DNA from: Malacoraja senta
Taxonomy: Eukaryota
Assembly: GCA_038087875.1 (NCBI GenBank)
Contig: CM075994.1
Span: 4,280,001-4,344,000 of the forward strand
DNA: 64,000 nucleotides
Direction of reading: 5' to 3'
A program made the translations under genes and the position numbers. Shown one piece after another: positions 1 to 64,000 of this stretch. The first letter of the stretch is position 1. Each line of letters opens with the position of its first letter. Under the pieces are notes generated by a model. That model was not told the DNA's origin, searched no databases, and saw nothing but the letters and a program-made list of their open reading frames with translations.

Positions 1-390
1 GGGTGTATTATAGAAAAATATAAAATTATAAAAGAACTGGACAAGCTAGATGCAGGAAAAATGTTCCCAATGTTGGGCGATTCCAGAACCAGGAGCCACA
101 GTCTTAGAATAAAGGGGAGGCCATTTAAGACTGAGGTGAGAAAAAACTTTTTAACCCGGAGAGTTGTGAATTTGTGGAATTCTCTCCCACGGAGGACAGT
201 GGAGGCCAAATCACTGGATGGATTTAAGAGAGAGTTAGATAGAGCTCTATGGGGCTAGTGGAATCAAGGCATATGGGGAGAAGGCAGGCACGGGTTATTG
301 ATTGGGAATGATCAGCCATGATCACAATGAATGGCTCGAAGGGCCAAGCGGCCTTCTGCTGCACCTATTTTCCATGTTTCTATGTTTCTA
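1..390 (+). mobile_element. CR1/HER1-type LINE 3' end
   Basis: CR1 ORF2 C-terminus (SRTRSHSLRIKGRPFKTEVRKNF..RVVNLWNSLP), 3'UTR and (tttctatg)n tail. Confidence 0.88.
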
Positions 391-506
391 TTTTAAAGCA
401 CGGTTTGGCATTTCATTCCAAAAATGTGCCCCCCATGTATGTTCCATAGGAACTACCACAAACAATTTATCACAACTCCCCTTCATCCCATATTGACGTA
501 TTCTAA

Positions 507-913
507 AGGGCCTGTCCCACCAGCATGCGACTGCATGCGGCAAGCGCGACCTAACGTGGTCGCTTGAGCCATACGGCTTCGCGGGGCCGGTCCCACTTCG
601 ATCGCCGGAGCCGTATGTAGTTGTGCGGAGCTGGTCCCGACATCGCGCGGGGCTCCGAAAAACTGACACTATTCAAAAATTTCGCGCGGCAACGGCCTGC
701 CGGCTCGCAGCCGCCTCGACGCCGTACGCACCGCCTCGACGGGCGTGCGCAGGGTCTCAACGCCGTACGCAGCGTCTTGACGCCGTACGTCACGCGCGAA
801 CTTCTGGCGGACTTCGCTCGAACTTCACGTCACTCACTCGACCTCCGCGCGGCCTCCGCTTGCGGTTTGGTCGCGCTCGCCGCATGCAGTCGCATGCTCG
901 TGGGACAGGCCCA
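507..913. mobile_element. PIF/Harbinger-type MITE
   Basis: ~45-bp TIRs GGGCCTGTCCCAC.AGCATGCGACTGCATGCGGC; TAA on both flanks (504-506, 914-916); GC-rich, no transposase. Confidence 0.8.
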
Positions 914-1167
914 TAACTCGCCTCATCCAGCTTCCTCCAAAATACATTTCTTAATATTGCTTCGACTCTTCCATGTGCTAGAAAGCTGGTATATTCGCCA
1001 CTTTTGTGATTATGTTTAAGTGGATATGATACCATATGTTCATGCCCTCGATACATTCGAGATGAAAAGATGAAGTTGCATTACTAATGAAATAATCCAA
1101 GTACTTACTTTAGTTCTCAAACAAAAGGAGAGAGCCGTAATGTGATCATCAATATATTTCATTCTAG

Positions 1168-60314
<59,147 letters not shown>

Positions 60315-61671
60315 GTAAATAATGACAACTAGCGTGTGCACTGACCGCGTCAATTTTCGAATTCATTTATTTTTCAAAGGAAATGAAGATGAATTGACTT
60401 CTGATAATTCACATATTCGTTTAAATCGCTTGGAAATACCTGTTAAATTCAGAGGGTCGGGCAGAATATGGGTATGGGAATGCTCAGACGACATTTTGGG
60501 GCGGGACCCGTTCCATACAGGCACAAGTAAGATTTCAACTTCAAAGTGTCAAAAACGAATAAACATAGAAACATAGACACATAGAAAATAGGTGCAGGAG
60601 GAGGCCATTCATTCGGCCCTTCGAGCCAGCACCGCCATTCATTGCGATCATGGCTAATCGTCCCCAATCAATAACCCGTGCCTGCCTTCTCCCCCTATCC
60701 CTTGATTTCACTAGCCTCTAGAGCTCCATCTAACTCTCTCTTAAATCCATCCAGTGATTTGGCCTCCACTGCCCTCGGTGGCAGGGAATTCCACAAATTC
60801 TCAACTCTCTGGGTGAAAACGTTTATCCTCACCTCAGTCTTAAATGGCCTCCCCTTTATTCTTAGACTGTGGCCCCTGGTTCTGGACTCGCCCAACATTG
60901 GGAACATTTTTCTTGCATCTAGCTTGTCCAGTCCTTATAAAATTGTATATGTTTCTATAAGATACCCCCTCATCCTTCTAAACTGCAGTGAATACAAGCC
61001 TAGTCTTTTCAATCTTTCCTCATATGACAGTCCCGACATCCCAGGTGTCAATCTCGTGAACCTACGCTGCACTGCCTCAATCACAAGGATGTCCTTCCTC
61101 AAATTAGGAGACGAAAACTGTACGTAATACTCCAGATGTGGTCTTACCAGAGCCCTATACAGCTGCGGACGTACCTCTCTACTCCTATACTGAAATCCTC
61201 TTGTTATGAAGGCCAACATTCCATTAGTTTTCTTCACTGCCTGCAGTACCTGCACGCCAACTTTCAATGACCGGTGTAGAAGGACACCCAGGTCTCGCTG
61301 TACTTCTCCCTTACCTAACCTAACCCCATTGAGATAATAATCTGCCCCCTTGTTTTTGCTACCAAAGTGGATAACCTCACATTTATCCATATTACTAGAC
61401 TAAGTGGGACCCGTTGGGAGGGTTGGTCCCCCAACGCAATATTCCACCTGTCCACCAATTCCAATATTGCTGGCCAGTGGGGGGGGGGGCTTTCTGGAGC
61501 GCTAGTATGGGTATTGTGGGCTGAAGGGACTGGTTTCCAGAGGGCTAGTATGGACATTGTGGGCCAAATTGATTCTTGGGGTGGCAGCTCAGTCACTCAA
61601 GCCTGATGTGCTGGCAGCTCACTCACGGCTGGTGGGTTAGCAGTTGACTCACGGCTATTCGTTGAAATTTC

Positions 61672-62210
61672 ATTTCAAGCAGGGTGCAAGGCCACCAAAT
61701 TCAAATGCAGTTTCCTGCCACTTCTAGCAGGGTGCAAGGCCACCAAATTCAAGTGCAGTTTAATGCCACTTTTTCAAGCAGTGTGCAAGGCCACCAAATT
61801 CAAGTGCAGGTTAATGCCATTTCAAGCAGGGTGCAAGGCCACCAAATTCAAGTGCAGTTTCATGCCACTTCAAGCAGGGTGCAAGGCCACCAAATTCAAG
61901 TGCAGTTTCATGCCACCAAGCAGGGAGCAAGGCCACCAAATTCAAGTGCAGTTTCATGCCACTTCAAGCAGGGTGCAAGGCCACCAAATGCTAGTGCTGT
62001 TTCATGCCAATTGAAGCAGGGTGTTAGGCCACCAAATTCAAGCGCAGTTTCATGCCACTTCAAGCAGGGTGCAAGGCAACCACATTGCAGTTTCATATCA
62101 TTTCAAGCAGGATGCAAGGCCACCAAATTCACGTGCAGTTTCATACCATTTCATGCAGGGTGCAAGGCCAACACATTCAAATGCAGTTTCATACCATTTC
62201 AAGCAGGGTG
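61672..62210. repeat. 48-bp minisatellite (~11 copies) inside the Helitron
   Basis: caagcagggtgcaaggccaccaaattcaagtgcagtttcatgccactt. Confidence 0.92.
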
Positions 62211-62627
62211 AAACCACCTTAAAGCCACCATAAAACCACACAAAAGACCACATAAACTACAAACTCACAGTTCAGTAGACATTCAGTGTGTTCAGTTGAT
62301 TCACAGCTCAGACAGAGTCGTGACCTCTACCTTCCCCCATCTTGCAGAGATTGAGCCACACCCACACTTCCGGGTTTTATAATCCCTCCCCATCCCACAG
62401 GAATGGGCGTGGCTTCATGGCGTGATTGACAGGAGAGAGATTCTCAACATTTTTTTAGACACTAATAACACGTTTATTTTTCATTCATGGGAAGAATCCT
62501 CTGCACCTGATGAGCGGAGGGGGCTGAGTAAGATGGCCAAAAATCACAGCCGTGAGTGGTAGCGTTTTATCTAAAATCAATATACAATGCAAACAGGAAG
62601 TTGTCAAGTTTAGACTTACAACCATAT

Positions 62628-62820
62628 CAGCATTTCAAAGCAACCACCACCACCAACAACCATCTGCAGTGCAGCATTTCAAAGCAACCACCACCAACAA
62701 CAACCATTTGCAGTGCAGCATTTCAAAGCAACCACCACCAACAACAACCATTTGCACAGCAGCATTTCAAAGCAACCGCCACCAACAACCATTTGCAGTG
62801 CAGCATTTCAAAGCAACCAC
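62628..62820. repeat. ~41-44-bp minisatellite (~4-5 copies) inside the Helitron
   Basis: cagcatttcaaagcaaccaccaccaacaacaaccatttgcagtg. Confidence 0.88.
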
Positions 62821-64000
62821 GTTTTAATTTGCAAACCACATTAAGGGCACTCACAGTTGAGTAGACATGTGTTCAGTGTTATCCACAGCTCAGAGAGACG
62901 TGACCCTCTCGCTTCCTCCTTCTTGCAGAGTGACTGAGGCACAACACTTCCGGGTATTATAGTGGCTCCCCCTCCAACCGGCAGGGGCAGCAGAGAGAAT
63001 CTCAACATTTTAAAAACATTAATAACTCTTTTATTTTTTCATCGATGGGAAAAATCATCTTGTCCTGCGCAGCGGGGGGGGGGGGGACTTACTCAAAGAA
63101 GGCCAAAAATCACAGCCGTAAGTGGCAGCGTTGTCTAATATCATGAAATGGAAAACAGGGTCAAGATCAGAGTTTTATTAATATAGATACTGCATCTGCC
63201 ACGCATCAGCCCACTCACTCAACCTGTCCAGGTCACCCTGTAACCTCCTAACCTCCTCTTCACAGTTCACACTGCCACCCAGCTTCTTGCCACCCGCAAA
63301 CTTGCTAGTGTTGCTTCTAATTCCCTCTTCCAAATCATTAATATATATGGTAAACAGTTGCGGCCCCAACACAGAGCCTTGCGGCACTCCACTCGCCACT
63401 GCATGCCATTCTGAAAAGGACCCGTTCGCTCCTACTCTTTGCTTCCTGTCTGCCAACCAATTTTCTATCCACGTCAACACCCAATACCATGTGCTCTCAT
63501 TTTAGTCACCAGTCTCCCGTGCGGGACCTTATCAAAGGCATTCTGAAAGTCTAGATACATTACATCCACAGGGTCTCTTCATCCATTTTACTTGTCACAT
63601 CCTCAAAAAATTACTGAAGATTAGTCAAGCATAATTTTCCTTTCATAAAAAAGTGGTAGCAAGAAGTCAAAGGCAAACAATCTGTTGGAAAAAAACCGGT
63701 TCTTCTCTGCCTTAATTGGGCAACTACTTACTTTTATGCAGCGATCGCATCCCCTGCCCCAGTAATCTAATGAACGATTCCCTCTTTACATTTTCCTGCT
63801 CCTCATCAGTTCATAATTAAAAATTGCTGGCAGTGTTCAATTGTGTAACCGCCTGTGCCTGGGGTACATTCCTCGAAAACATCCCTGTCCAGCCATATCT
63901 GTGTCGGACATGGCCAAATTAATATAATCCCCTATGCCTGTCATTCTCAATGTCCTTCATCCCTGCTAATTCATCTGCCTATCGTAAAGCCTGTTAAACG

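Larger units (their letters stand above)
61395..63187 (-). mobile_element. Non-autonomous Helitron
   Basis: Minus strand 5' TCTATATTAATAAAA; 3' GGGACC..GGTCCC hairpin then CTAG; inserted A|T with no TSD. Confidence 0.85.
60563..63647 (-). mobile_element. CR1 LINE 3' part split by a Helitron
   Basis: ORFs 63178-63480 (PQGSVLGP) and 60935-61390 (DKCEVIHFG) rejoin after removing 61395-63187. Confidence 0.9.

Noticed and set aside
60380..60418. Candidate 39-nt exon GNEDELTSDNSHI
   Set aside because: Intron only 65 nt and poor donor (GTTTAA).
61672..62233. 16-aa repeat ORFs; CRISPR-like regular repeats
   Set aside because: Head-to-tail 48-bp minisatellite inside a Helitron; no unique spacers, no cas genes, eukaryotic context.

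Overview
Eukaryotic genomic DNA, most likely a cartilaginous fish (elasmobranch). This is inferred from the repeat content: HE1-like tRNA SINEs, HER1/CR1 LINEs, Penelope-like, Rex1 and Gypsy elements. Almost all long ORFs in the supplied track are transposon-derived. The main signal the ORF track misses is a + strand micro-exon array running across the whole window. I count 34 short exons: 20 of 27 nt, 6 of 36 nt, 5 of 24 nt, and one each of 18, 30 and 45 nt. Each has an AG acceptor, mostly after a pyrimidine tract, and a GT donor (one GC), and each is a multiple of 3 and phase 1-1. Joined in order they give a stop-free ~323-aa charged, Leu-periodic, coiled-coil-like segment with recurring 27+36 nt (21-aa, three-heptad) modules. 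No start or stop exon was identified, so the gene probably extends beyond both ends. A butyrophilin/BG-like heptad-exon tail is one hypothesis, not an identification, and exons were called by eye without transcript evidence. The introns hold a near-full-length CR1 interrupted by a Penelope element (RT + GIY-YIG, hammerhead-like motif), two Gypsy relics, a non-autonomous Helitron with minisatellites, a 3.8-kb foldback-type element, a Harbinger-type MITE, SINEs, a (GA)n tract and a decayed tRNA-Gly(TCC).
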